Assembly (NCBI RefSeq): GCF_009914755.1
Contig: NC_060925.1
Direction: 5' to 3' (one strand)
From: the human T2T-CHM13v2.0 reference genome, Homo sapiens
Length of the DNA stretch: 64,000 nt
The notes below the pieces were generated by a model that was given only the letters and a program-made list of their open reading frames with translations, did not search any database and had not been told where the DNA came from. Positions 34,859-58,480 of the stretch are shown one piece after another. The position numbers were made by a program, and so were the translations under genes. Positions within the stretch are counted from its first letter, which is position 1. The number at the start of each line of letters is the position of its first letter.

Positions 34859-35725
34859 CAGCAGGTCCTCAAATAACTTCATTGCATTCAACGTTGTTTT
34901 GTTATAACGTTGATGAGAAAAAAAAAATCTATTCCCTGCTGGAGCCACCGTCTGTGTGGGGTGTCCGTGTTCTCCCCATGTCTGCATGGCTTTTCTCTGA
35001 GTACTCTGGTTTCCTTCCACATCCCAAAGCTATGCCAAAGTCGGGTGAACTGGCATGTCTAAACTGTCCGACTGTGAGTGAGTGTGGGTGTGTGGGAGCC
35101 CCCTTGTGATAGGACAGCAACCTGTCCAGGGTGGCTCCTGCCTGGCACACTGAGCTGCTGGGATGGGCTCTGGCCACCCTCCTCTCTGAACTGGAATAAG
35201 CAGCTGGAAAATGAATGAATGAATGAATGAATGAATACAAATGATCACAGAATGAAAATGTATCAAGTACGAGTAATCACACCAATAAATTATGCACCAA
35301 TGAATTATACACCAACAAAAGTACTCGGCAAGCTGCCGGATTTGTGATTGTTTGTTTTTGAACTTCGTGGGTCAGAAGTGTTGACAATGTTGCTTTGCAA
35401 ACATTTCTTCCCTGATTGAACCCACTACCATCATGACCTCCATTATTCACTGATTCATCAAAAATTGGGTAAATAATATCTTGGTTGTTTTTATTCATCT
35501 TAAATGTATGTAGAGCTCACATTTATTTATTTCAATGTTTAATACTAGAAGTGTTTTGGGCTTCATGGGAAGTTTGGTGATGTGTTTCTGACCAGAAATA
35601 AGCCATAGGAACTTAAATGTTGTTTCTGTCAATTACCCGACAGTCAAATCGGTTTAGTTATGCATGTTTAGCTTGAAGCCACAGTATCCAAGAACCTATC
35701 CACAATGTTAAGTGAGAAGCTACTG
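34859..35725 (+). mobile_element. Near full-length MER6 (TcMar-Tigger) with internal (GAAT)n
   Basis: TA|CAGCAGGTCCTCAAATAAC ... TACTG|TA; internal GTTCTCCCCATGTCTGC...CCACATCCCAAAG block. Confidence 0.85.
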
Positions 35726-36487
35726 TATATGGCACTTTCTCCATCTCAGCTACCAACAGCACGCCCCCGCCCAACCCCACCACCTCGTTAGTCACATGAC
35801 TGTCCCTTCTTATCCTTATTCCTCAGCTGAAACAGTGCCTTCTCAGAGAGCTTCCTGGCATCCCCTCCAGTGGAAGCTCCTTCCACTCACTCTTTTTTCC
35901 CTTCCCTCACACCCCCAGCCCCTGATATGTCTTCTTCCTGCCTATTTGTAGGTTCTGGCTTCTCTCCCCACTATGTGGTCATTTCTTCACGGTCAGGGAC
36001 TCCATTTGTCTTGGTCACCACAGTAGTTCCAGAGCTTACACATGGTCTGATACATATGAGTCTCCCCACTTCCTGACTTCCTCCAATATAGGGGACAGGC
36101 AGGTTCAAAGCAGGATAAGACCTGTGCACCCAGGTTATTTTAGAAATAAGGCCTGAGGGTGAGCTCAGTTGTAAGTGATATGAAGGGTCAGAGAACTGTG
36201 CATTACTGCCGTTCTTGCCACTGGAGTAAAATGCCAATTACTAAAATAAAATAAATAAAAAGTGCATAACTTGAATTCAGTCATGTCTCCAGATCTAACT
36301 GCCAGTTTACAGGAAATACAGGAGACAGAAGAACATGCTAATGGACACAATGGGATGCAATCAGCAAAATCCAGAATATAAAGCACTAAAATGGAGAAAT
36401 ATCTAGTTTCTTGAACAAATAAATTTTAAAGAAAAAAAAGAGCTGGGGTTAGGGGAGGACCTATAGATTTTAAAAATTCTAAGAGAT

Positions 36488-38021
<1,534 letters not shown>

Positions 38022-38119
38022 TCAGCAAAGAAAGGCAAATGGCTCTAATAGATAAGCCAAGACTAACGTTCTCTGTCAGTAGGGCCTGTGGCTCATTGTC
38101 CTTGTTTTTATTTGGTTTT

Positions 38120-38995
38120 GTTTTTCCAGGTTTATTGAGGTATAACTGATAAACAAAAGTGTATAAGTTTAGGGTGTACAACGCGATTTGATACAGGTAT
38201 ATGTTGTGAAATGAATAGCACAATCAAGTTGGTTAGCAAAGCTATTACAGATAGCCGTGATAGATCAACGGGACAGAACTGAGAGCCTAGAGGTGAACCC
38301 ACACATTTACGGTCAACTAGTGTTTGACAGGGCCACCAAGAACACACAATGAGACAAGGTAGTCTCTCCAATAAACAGTGCTGGGAAAATTGGATATCCT
38401 CCTGCAAAAGAATGAAAATGGACCCCTATTTTATAGCACTCATAGAAATTAACTCGCAATGGATTGAAGAATTAAATGTAAAACCTGAAACTATAAAACT
38501 CCTAGAAGAAAACAATAAGGAAAAACTCCTTGATATTGATCTTGACAATTACATTTTGGACATGACACCAAAAGCACAAGCAACAAAAGCAAAAATTAAG
38601 AAGAGGGACTCCTTCACTGTCTTTTTGTGTTCGTGAAGACCCACTTTATTATTTTATTTGTATTGATGCATCATATTTGTACATATTTATGGGGTACACG
38701 TGGAGTATATATTTTGATACATGCATACATACAATGTGTAATGATCAAATCAGGATAATTAGGAAATTCACCGTCTCAAACATTTATCTTTCTTTGCATT
38801 GGGAACATTTCAAATCTTCTTTTCTAACTATTTTGAAATATACAATATTGGTTAACTATAGTCACTCTACTCTGCTACCAAACACTAGAACTTATTCCTT
38901 CTATCGAACTGTATGTTTGTACCCATTAACCAACCTCTTTTCGTCCCATACCCTACCCTTCCCAGCCTCTGGTAACCACCATTCCACTCTCTACG
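38120..38995. mobile_element. Composite of L1 fragments in both orientations
   Basis: Plus-strand ORF2 peptide NKQCWENWISSCKRMKMDPY...KPETIKLLEEN (38250-38610) flanked by minus-strand L1M 3' ends. Confidence 0.7.
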
Positions 38996-39274
38996 TCCAC
39001 CCTTCATGGTCTTTGAATTTCTTCCTTCCCCAGACTTTCCTACCACTGCCACTCCCCTCCCAGGGACACAGGAGTGTTAGTTGCACTGGGCACATTAGAC
39101 CACATTAATGAGCAGAAGGTGGTGCTGGTAAAAGCAGATTTTGTAATTAAAACTAATCAAAAGTTACAGAGCCTGAGGCACCCCATACAGTGCCCTGAGT
39201 CCAGGAAAAAAAAAAACAAAAACATGAAGCGTAAGTATTGCACGGCAGTTACCAGTATCACTTTCTGTTCACTA

Positions 39275-40108
<834 letters not shown>

Positions 40109-42005
40109 CCTCCTCAAAAAACCTTCTTGATAATTCTCAGCTCATGTGCTTGGCAAAGTCTTATTTTCCCTTGTGAAGGCTTTCTGACCTCCCAACCAGG
40201 GTTTATCACATGTTTCTTTCTGTCTGCCCCTCTCTCTAAGTTTGCAATTGGCATCTTGACCCCTCACTTAGGGATCCTGACTCCCAATGGCAGCAGCACG
40301 TTCCTTGCTGTATTGATCATATCGCAAAACCCTCATGGGGTGAATGCATTTCTGAGAAAGCCCATCTGAATCACTGAGAGTGCTGCTGATGATAATAATG
40401 TAATATTATCATCTTAAGGTAACTTAAGGTAACCAAATATTGCCTAGGTGAGGTTCTTTGTGAATTTGCATTAAGGAGTAAAAACTTGTTTACTGAAAAA
40501 CAGCTATTTCCAGCATGTTGAGCAATGTAAATATTTCCCTGAAATACTGCTTACAACATCAGTTCACACTGAGAAAAAGTTCCTTTAGCAAAGTTAAACT
40601 TCAGCTCACTATGTGGCTAGTAAAACTAAATGCCCCTTTACAGAACCATGTCTTCCCACTCACCCCAAGAAACACAACAAACAATACGGCTTTTCATCCA
40701 GCTGCCCTAGGGCAGAGCATGTCAATTAGATCACAAAAAAACCCAGGGTGAAAATGCCAAGCACCACATGGGTAACAGCTGGAACCACTTATGTACAATT
40801 GTTTCAACCCAACTGACAAGAAGGGGATGGACAGAGCACCTAACTTATAATGGGAGGGTGTTTCCCATCTTAGAAAGCACTTCCTGTCTCATTTCATCTT
40901 TAACGTGAACTTTCAGATAGCATGAATCACCGGAGAAAGTCTATATGCAGATGCTCAATAAATTTAAAATTTATGTTAGATTTCTTATGTCCAAATACTC
41001 CCTGAAAAAGTGAAACAACAGCCACTTGGCCGGGGGCTTAGATGAGCCTAGTAACAGGCTGCTTTCTGCAATAGTCTAGGGGGAGCCTTCTCCAAAACAT
41101 GTGTGTTTAGAGAATACTTGAGGTAGAAACAAATAAGAAACAAACAGGGTCCTTTTACAAATACAAATCGCTGTACTGAGAAGACAGTGAGACTTGCAAA
41201 AGCAAACTCCATGGGTGAGAGGCAGCAGGAACTTAAAATAATTTAACATAAAGAGTGGAAATGCAGCAAACATGGGCTGTCACCTAATGTTGAGGTCCTT
41301 TACTAAGGCTCTTTTTATCTTTTAAAATTTCATGTGACAGGCATTTAGTACAACCATCCCTCTTTTCGCATACTTGAAACAGACAAGGAAATGATGAGAG
41401 ATTTTAATTTAGCTTTAATGTCACACAGCCAGTAAGTGATAGAACCAAGAACGGAACACACATTTGCTGGAGTCCGTAACCCGTGCTCTTTCTGTTACAC
41501 TTGGCTGCCTAGTTTAGAGACACTGGGGGCAAAAGTCATGCAAGTTGCAATGTTTTTTGGGATGGCTTCAAAGTTAGTGACTGGGTAGCTACAAAAAGCT
41601 GGAAAACAAAATGAGTCCAAAAAAAAGTAAAACACAAAAAGGAAGTCCAGAAAATAGGCAAGTCCGGGACACAATCAAGGTGGAGACTGATTAATTTCAG
41701 CCTAGAGCCCACAAGTGGACCTGGAGCCTAATCCGTTTGCAAGGTGCTTTACAGTTTACAAAGCATTTTTACTTTAGTTATCTCATTAAACCTAGTAAAG
41801 ATTAATACCATTTTCATTCTTCATTTGAGAAAAAATGAGTTTTAGTTTATATAACTTGCCTAAGATCAAACACTAGAAGTGCCAGAACAGAACTCCAAGT
41901 CCAAATTGCAAGTGATCCCCATTAACCCCACAGAAGAAATGACTCTGGCATGAAATAGAAATAGAAACAAAAGGATTAGTAAATAAAGCTTAGGGACAAT
42001 CTAAG

Positions 42006-42858
<853 letters not shown>

Positions 42859-42990
42859 TAAGGGTAATAGAGATGAGTCAATATTTTCAACTTAATCCAG
42901 TTAATGTCCAAGTGACTTTGGATCAGTTACCCCTCTCTTCTGCAGAAAATTTCTACCTGAGATTACTTTCCAACATTTAAAAATGGTTGG

Positions 42991-43096
42991 GGCTTTTCCG
43001 ATGGTAGTGGGTTATCTGAACTTATTAGCATTAGTATCACTAAAGTTGATATACAAACCCCCCAGGCTAAATTAGACTGGGCAAAAAAAAAAAAAA
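42991..43096 (+). pseudogene. Retroposed hY4 (RNY4) Y-RNA pseudogene with poly(A) tail
   Basis: GGCTTTTCCGATGGTAGTGGGTTATCTGAACTTATTAGCATTAGTATCACTAAAGTTGATATACAAACCCCCCA...GACTGG follows hY4 over its full length; A-tail; imperfect TSD AAAAATGGTTGG / AAAAATCTGTTGG. Confidence 0.92.
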
Positions 43097-43705
43097 TCTG
43101 TTGGGTTCTTTAAATTTTAACTACGGGTGTGTCTATCAAAGAAGTAGCCCTTGAGGATGCAACACCAAGGGCCTTGGGGTGTGAGACCCCCAATCTCTGG
43201 GGAGACACATGTTTCTCCTTAACAACCTGAATATAGATATCAGAAGTTTACCTGTGGCAATTGGAGCCTAGTACTGTATTACACAAATTCCTTAACTTAA
43301 ACATAAAAAATTACAGGAGAAGAGTTCAGCATTTATCTGCCTTTCCAGAATGAACAGTATATCAGTGTTACCCAAAAGTCATGGTTGATGAGGAAAACCT
43401 CTTTACAGAATATGCCAGCTAATAAATGCAGAAAGAATGACAGAAACAAGCAACCAGCAAAATAAAATAAAACATCATCCTGCAAACTTTAATTTAATTA
43501 CTGTTTCAGGCAAAGATCATCGATAGATGCTAAAACCATTAGGTGAAAGATTAGTGGGCAGGAAATAGATGATAAGGCCAAAATGAGTGTCACCCCGTAG
43601 CTCAGTTGCTGCTCACCTGGGGAAAAATATAACTTCACAGGCATGATCTGGCTGTAATCTCCTTAACACCAGGTATTAATCTTAGCGTGGCAAGCCAAGC
43701 AATAA

Positions 43706-44000
<295 letters not shown>

Positions 44001-44029
44001 TTTATGAAGTATTCTTGTTGAAAGATGAG

Positions 44030-44430
44030 GCCCTTCTCAACAATTAAAAAAAAAACACGATTTTTTTTTAATGACCAAAGGATTTGAACAGGCATTTCTC
44101 CAAAGAAGAAACACAAACGGCCAATGAGCACATGAAAAGATTCTCAACATCATTAGCCATCAGAGAGATGCAAATCAGATTCACAACACAGCACTTCACA
44201 CCCACTGGGATGGCCATAAATCAAAAAGTCAGAAATAAGAAATGTTGGTGAGGACGTCGAGAAATCGGAACCCTCATATATTGTTGGTGGGAATGTCAGA
44301 TGGTGCTGTCGCTTTGGAAAACACTTTGACAGTTCCTCAAAATATTAAACATAGAGTTACCATATGACCCAGGAATTCCAGTCCTAGGTATATACCCAAG
44401 AGAAATGAAACTTATATCTACACATTTGCA
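44030..44430 (+). mobile_element. L1M ORF2 3' fragment
   Basis: GATTTGAACAGGCATTTCTCCAAAGAAG...GAGTTACCATATGACCCAG. Confidence 0.7.
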
Positions 44431-44666
44431 TGTATACCTCTTCTCGAAATGCAGTTTGTCTCAAAGACACCTTTTTATGGCCGATTTGTCTTAATCAGGC
44501 TGAAACAAAGTCCTCACTTGCATTTGGTCAGCAAGCCTCTGAAGTCTCTTTTGATCCACACCAGGTCTCCCTCCTTCTTTTTCCCCACCATGCCATTTAT
44601 TTGTTGAAGAGAATGATAATCTTTTAAAGTTAAATCGTGTCAGCCATCTACTTAGAAATCTCTAAT

Positions 44667-46117
<1,451 letters not shown>

Positions 46118-46429
46118 GCGTTATACTGAAAAGGGATCCACAGGCTTCACCAGTGTGCAAAGGGGCCAGGGCAGTCAACCAACATGGGGGAGGGCTCTTT
46201 GTGGATCCAGACTTGAAGGGCTCATTCGTTTTAGGCAAAGCCTACAAGTTCCACGTGAGTGTTGTCTAAGGCGCAGTGTTCCCAGGCCAGACCGGGAGCA
46301 CAGCCATTTCACGGGCAGGACAGGCTGCAGCCGCTGCGTTTGCAGTTCCAACCCCCTTCCCCCGGCCAACCCCCCACACTTCTGGAATGCACACAAGCCT
46401 TATATGAAATCCACATGGTGGGCGGCCGA

Positions 46430-47830
46430 GGAAGGCAGCGGCACGAAAGGACTTCAACAAGTTGACAGCGACCCCAGGCCCGGCCAGTCACGGGGAGGAT
46501 CCAGGGAGCTGTAGGTCATCTGGTCCCGCTCCTCGTTTGGGGCCTCCGTGGTGACAATGCCTGGCCACAGGAAATGGGATCACTGGGAGCCCTGTGTTTC
46601 CCGCTCTGGACTCTGGACTCTGAAACGAGCCCAACTGGAAAGCAGCATCACTGCCAAGACACATCCGGAGTCCACACACAAATACAGGAGGCTGCCGGCG
46701 AAACTCTCCCGCAGCCACAAGAGTCCCGGGGCCCGCGCGCAGACTGCGATCCAGCTCCGGCTCTTGCCCTGCGGAGGCTCCGCGCGAGAACCTGGCTCCA
46801 CCCGGGACCGGCCAGGTCCTAGCCCCGAAGGGACTGGACAGCCGAGGGACGCGGACTGACCTCCCTGCGGCGATGCAGCCCACAGCCGCCGGGGAGGAAG
46901 CTCCGCGGGGTCCATGGGTGCCGGGGTCACGGCCCGGGGCGCGCGGAGCCACCCAGACCCCGCGACCCGCTCTTCGGATAGCAGGGACCGGGTCGGGAAG
47001 ACCTTCGCGGACCCTGCAGAGGCGGGAGACCCTGCGCCGTGCCCGGTGCCCCGGCGGCCAGCGGGTCCGGGTCCCCGCCTGCTACGCCCAAGTCCGTCCG
47101 GCTCCACGGGCGCCCCCGGCCCGCCGCGCCCTGCAGCCCCTCGCCCGCCCTCCCGGGGCTCACTCACGTAGACTGCGTCGATGTCGGATCTGTCGTAGAA
47201 GCGGAGCGCCCCACTCAGCTCCAGGGCAGGAGAGACGAAGTCATCCCCGTCCTCCAGCTCCAGGTCCCCCTGTCCGGGGCCGAAGGGAAAGAGCTCCTGG
47301 CGGCTCAGGCAGCCCACAGGCCCCGCCAGCAGCAGCGGCAGCAGCAGCGCCCGCGTCCACGCAGCCCGGATCCGGCTGCTCGAGGCCAACATGTTCCCGA
47401 ACTGCGGTCCCGCAAACCCGGTCCCGCGGCCAGGACAGAGGAAGGCGGGGATGTAACCGGACGCCCCTGGCAGCCCCCTCTCCTCCCGCCTCCCGGCGTT
47501 CCCACCCCGGGAAATAGGGGAGGGGAGCGGAGGGGAGAGCGGAGGGCCCCGCCCCGTCCAGCGGGCGCGCCGCGGGGCAGCCCAATGGCCGCGAGGGGGA
47601 GGGCGAGGGGCGAAGCCGAACCTCCCGCCTTGGGCGCCGGTGCCTGCGATTCTCGAAACCAGCCCGACTCCCAGCGAACGGCGCCTCCGGGAGGGGGAGC
47701 AGAGCGCGGGACCCGCACCGTGGTCCTCTGATTAGGGTTGGGTCGTGGAGAGCCGGCGACGTGGAAACGCTCCGGATTCAGGAACGGCGCCCACCCCATT
47801 GCCGCTCGGCCGCGTCCGGGGTCCAATTCG
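46430..47830. promoter_or_regulatory. NID1: CpG island / TATA-less promoter of NID1
   Basis: Very GC- and CpG-rich stretch spanning exon 1; GC box GCCCCGCCCC near 47546-47555; CCAAT at 47582-47586; no TATA box; no upstream ATG between 47393 and about 47500 on the minus strand. Confidence 0.9.
47168..47392 (-). CDS. NID1: Nidogen-1 coding exon 1 (signal peptide and start of G1/NIDO region), 225 nt
   Basis: ATG at 47392-47390; [38 protein letters not shown]...DIDAVY is the nidogen-1 N-terminus; donor TAC|GTGAGT at 47167; phase 0. Confidence 0.98.
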
Positions 47831-48538
47831 CTTGACCCTGGTAGGAAGACGGGGTGGGAGCTGGGAATCAGCCAAGGGACAGAGCCACCAACACGTTCAT
47901 GGGCTCATCCACCCATTCATTGCGCGTTTTTTGAGTGCCTGATCCTGTGCTCCCTATTGTGGAGGTTCGCCAGGAAACGGGGTCTCACCCTCCGAGGCAA
48001 AGTCACCAGTGTACAACACAAGCCAGTGTCAGATGGGGGCCCCAAGTCATCAAAGACATTAGGGCTGGAAAAACTGGCGGGGAAAGCTGCAGGTGGGACG
48101 GCGGGAATCAACCCGGGTGCTCTGGAAGGAATGGGATGTCATCAGGCGGCAGAGAAGGGAGGTGGAGGACCGAGCTGGGTTTATTCAGGGCACCATCCCC
48201 CAGCAGAGGATGTGGGGAGGGACCGGTTGAAGTACAGCCTTGAATCACAAATTTAGGAATTTGAATTCGCTCTGTCACTCGGAGAAGAAACTATTGAAAG
48301 TTCTTGACAAAGGGAGATAAGCGATTTAAGTGGTATCCTGAATAATCGGTTGATCGTTACTTTGGCACTAGGGTGAAAGTAGAGACAGGTAAGTTATTAG
48401 AGGACCAAGTCTAAAACATTGAAATGAAAGAAGGAGCAAATCCTGATTATAAGATTGGCATTGAAGAGGAGAAGAAACGAAGTTAAAATTGAGTTCAAGG
48501 GTTTGCACTTGGAGGACTGGAAAACCAGTACTGCCTTT

Positions 48539-48546
48539 TGACGTCA
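48539..48546. promoter_or_regulatory. Full palindromic CRE (TGACGTCA) about 1.1 kb upstream of the NID1 start codon
   Basis: Exact 8-mer seen; function untested. Confidence 0.4.
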
Positions 48547-50929
48547 GGGAAGAGGATCTGGGACAGCTGGAGTTGGATATGTTTGATGTCAGACCTATCA
48601 GCGGTCAACAGGACGTCCCCGTTTCCTGTCAGCAGCTAAAAGTAACGACCTTGAACCTAGTTTATAATAATTTTTCAGAAAACAGCAAATTCTGTATAAA
48701 ATTTAGGGGGCATGAGTTCTGAACCAGCAAAGACAGGAAGAAAAAGCAAAGGAAACATGCCTTCTAAGCAAAACACTTTTGATTTACTCATGAGAACTTG
48801 TCTTTTTCTTTTGAATTCATTCGCCATCAGAAATAACATTTATTACCCATCAGAGACAGCATGTGTTCTACAAGTATTCATTCATTTTGCACTCACAGTA
48901 ACCCTAGGAAACAGACCTTCCCTGTTTTACAGAGAAGGGGCATAGAGGCCCAGAGAGGTTAAGTCATGTTGCTAAGGTCATGCAGCTGGGAGCCGGTAAG
49001 TGACCCTAGGTGTTCCAGCTGCAAGGACCCCACTTATAACCACTGCATTAAGTGCCCTCTGTTTACTACCTTTTACTGCAGCCTGCAGTCTGTTGTCAAA
49101 TATGGTGCTTTTCCTTCAGTTCCCTCCCAACAATACAGCACTGTGAGCCCCCAGCCTGCTCCCCAGAAGCACTTCTGACTCTACTCTATGCCATCTGTGT
49201 TTCTGACTATTTCTGGGCTTCTGGGCCCCAGCACTGCCTGTTTCAGCTGCTACAGGATCTCTGTATGGAGATTCTTCTCTATCTTCACCCGCACGTGACA
49301 CGGGCCCCACGACTTCCCCATGCCCTGTGGTTGAGGGAAACCCCAAGCTCAGTAGGCCTTTTTTGGCCTGTGCCTTCAACACTCCTCCTTCAAAAAACCC
49401 CACCCCAGCCTCTGTCACACATCAGAGCTGTCTCTGAAGCTGTAGTCTGTGCCTGGAATGCTCTTACCCTTCTCACGAATTCTCTCCCTTTTTGGTACTC
49501 AGGCAGCTTCTGAAACTCCTATTGGTCCATCCATGGGACTTTCCTCAGCAACTACAGGAGGAGAGCAGTTCTCTACTTTGCTGGTTCAGCACAGCCTGAA
49601 TCCAACCTGGCTGAGGTCAAGGCTCTCCATTTACTGGCTGTATAAGCACGGGCAGGTTTCTAAGCTTCAATATCCTTGTCACTTGTATGGGATGTTCATA
49701 GTTAAAATCGAAGGATTGTCGTGAGGATTAGATAAGGTGATTCATTAAATGCTCCTAGCTGGGCACAAAGTAAGTATTCCGTTAATATCAAACCATCGTT
49801 GTTACCTAAATGTACAGTTTTCGTGATTCTTATTATGTCAATATTTACTGAGAATCTACCATGAGCCAGATTCTATACTAGAAATTCAAAATGCCAAGAC
49901 CGTTAAGGCACAGTCCTTTCTTTGAGAAGCTCACAATCTATCAGGGAGACAAACACAACAATAACAGTGCGATGCTTTAAGAAATACACAAACCAACAAG
50001 AGATATCGCTTGTTGAATGCTGCTTCTGCTAGATGCTTAATGTAGCATTCAATTTAATACTAATAACTGCACAAGCTAGTAGCCCTATGTAGTGAAAACA
50101 AGGTTTGCAATGATTAGATAACTTGCCCAGTTTTACACAGGTAGTGAAAGAGCTAGGATTTGAATCCAGTTTGTCCGACACCAAAGCTATTATTCTTTCT
50201 GCCGCGCCATCCTGCCCATCTATGGAAGGAAAGGTTTCTCCCTTTATTTCCACCCACAAGATCTATTTGCTCCATTGTTTATACATAATGCTCACGATCT
50301 ATCTGTGCATGCTTGTGCTCCTTTATTTCATCAGTATCTCTTGGCCTGAGTAAGTCCAGTATATACGGTAAATTCTCTGTCATTTACTATTTATAGCCCT
50401 GCACTCGCCTCACATTGCCCAGTCCTTGTAGGACGTAATATTGATGCTGTGTCTCCTACTAGGACAGTGTGTCCCTGTCACTCCTTTAGAATTAGTAGTT
50501 CCAAACACATTCATCATCGAATACTTACTTTTATATTGTGCTCTGGACATTTTCTAAGTGTATATAATAATTCGGTCTTTTTCTCTAGTCATTTCGTATG
50601 TTTTTCGGGGATAAGAGCTCATTGGGGGCAAGGCCCATGTGCTTTATTTGTTTTCCTGACTTCGCAGAGCCTAGCCCAATGCTGCATACACATTAATAAT
50701 GTGCACAGTTCTTAACCATTTAAGAACTCACTGATATGTTTAAGAATCATCTGATATCTGCAGTACCAATGGTACCCATAATTCTGTAATATACCAGCTT
50801 TAAAAAAAAATGAAACCTTGCTCTTTTGAGATTTATACTCTTTTCTTGATGGCTGTCATCCTGATGAGGCAGAAACACAAAATTTAAGAAGCAGGTCTCA
50901 GGCTGTGTGTCTATAAGAAGCCACGGTAA

Positions 50930-51237
<308 letters not shown>

Positions 51238-51464
51238 CCAAGGTAACTCTTCTCTCTGACGATTCAGACAAAAGTCCAGGCAGCTGAGTGGGAAAATAGC
51301 TCAATTGGCTATTGCTCTGAAGGAGGCATTTGTTCTAATCTCACTCTCCTGTGAGGATTGGTAACTGACCATGTATGGCCATGGAGCTTTCTTTTATTTT
51401 CCAGATGTCATATAGATGTGAATGTATTAGTGTTCCAATTCCAGGGAATTCGCCTAATTCATGA

Positions 51465-51792
<328 letters not shown>

Positions 51793-51854
51793 AATTCATG
51801 AGTATTTTAAACAACCCACACTCAATTGTGATCTCAGATAAAAATGACACCCTT

Positions 51855-52215
<361 letters not shown>

Positions 52216-52984
52216 TTATTCTGTTTTCAAAGGCGATTAGGATAAAAAGTACCTTGGGAAAACACAATTATGTCCACCTATGTTTGGGAAGATGCCAAGC
52301 TTTTCAGGGTAAAGTTTAATTCCTATAGTTCTACATCCTGTTTTCCCATGAACGTTTTCCTGGTTCATTATCATCAGACCTCCAGCATTCACTGCTGGGG
52401 TTCCACTTGCCTTTTGTTGTTATTTTAATTTTTAATCTTGATTTATGTAATTTTCAACCTTACATAAAAATTGCAAAAATAATACAAAACGATTCCATAT
52501 ACCCTTATATTCCCATATCCCATATACTCAGATTTTCCTTAATATTAACATTTTGCCATGTTTGCTTTCTCTCTGTCTTTCTCTCTCTCTGTCTGTCTCT
52601 CTCTCCACACACTCACACATGCATGCACACACACACAGACACATCGATACATATATATATACATAAATTTTTATCTGGACCATTGAGGGTAAGTTGCAAA
52701 CATGATACCTCTTTACCTCTGAATGCTTAAGTATATGCTTCTTTAAAACTAGAACATTCTCTCACCTAGCCATAACACAATTGCCAAAATAAGGAAATTA
52801 ACATTGATATCATACTATAATCTAATTGACAGCTCTTATTCAGAGTTCACCAGATGTCAATATAATGTCTTTTAATAGCAAAAGAAAATACCAGATTACA
52901 AACTGCATTCAGTTGTCATGCACTTTCAGTCTTCTTCAACTTGAAAGAGTTCCTCAGTCATTCCTGATCTTTCATGACCTTAAC

Positions 52985-57484
<4,500 letters not shown>

Positions 57485-57589
57485 AGGAGGTTAATCTTAA
57501 AAGCATATATTTATGGCTTCTCAGTACCTGTTGTTAATTGTCTTATTCTAACAATGCACTCCCATAGGTTAATTGGATCAGTCTTAATA

Positions 57590-58480
57590 ACCCATACTGA
57601 CCATTTATTCATCAATTAATATTTATTGAGACCTCACTATGTACCTGGCACAGTGCTAGACATTAAAGGCACACCTAAGAACAAAATATGGTCACTGTTC
57701 TCTTGAAGATTACATTCTTATGGGGAAAGACAGACACTAAAGGAATGAATAAGCAATTATATAATGTGTCAGATGGAGATAAAGAAAAGTGCCATAGAAA
57801 AAAATTAATTCACGTAAGAACTTACAGAGTGGAGGCTGGGCACGGTGGCTCACGCCTGTAATCCCAGCACTTTGGGAGGCCAAGGCGGGCAGATCACCTG
57901 AGGTCAGGAGTTCGAGATCAGCCTGGCCAACATGGCGAAACCCAGTCTCTACTAAAAAATGCAAAAATTAGCCAGGCGTGGTGGTGGGCACCTGTAATCC
58001 CAGCTACTTGAAGGCTGAGACAGTAGAATCGCTTGAACCCGGGAGGCGGAGGTTGCAGTAAGCCGAGATCACACTATCGCACTCCAGCCTGGCTGACATA
58101 GTAAGACTCTGTCTCAAAAAAAAAAAAAATAAAAAAAGCTTACATTATAGAGTGATGTGGTTGGGTGTGAGAGGTGCAATTTTATTTTGGTATATCAGGA
58201 AAGTTCTCTATAATCTCTTCAATACCTTTGGGGCAGAGTCCTAAGAAGTGAGGGAGTGAACCGACTGGGTAGGTTAAGGGAACAGCTGAGGCCGCATTTG
58301 GTCCTGGGGACCACAGGTGCAAAGTTCTTGAGCACGAGTGAGCTGCCAAAGGTTGGCAAGAGAGCCAGGTGGGTGGAGCAGGGTAAGTGAGAGATAGACC
58401 CCTTGGCCCCACAGGCCATAGTAAGGACTTTGGACAGCATCTGAAAATAGTTCAATGGGCAATAGCAAAAGCAGAAAGAA
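57590..58480. mobile_element. L2 relic interrupted by an Alu
   Basis: ATATTTATTGAG...CTATGTACCTGGCACAGTGCTAG L2 3'-end motif. Confidence 0.6.

Noticed and set aside
47387-47396. Palindrome AACATGTT over the start codon resembling a p53 half-site
   Set aside because: Single imperfect half-site with no adjacent partner.
46488-48256. Several long overlapping ORFs (up to 230 aa) on both strands around the promoter
   Set aside because: Stop-codon scarcity in a GC-rich CpG island; Pro/Arg/Gly/Ala-rich with no recognisable domain. Only the first 75 codons of the 46580-47392 ORF are NID1.
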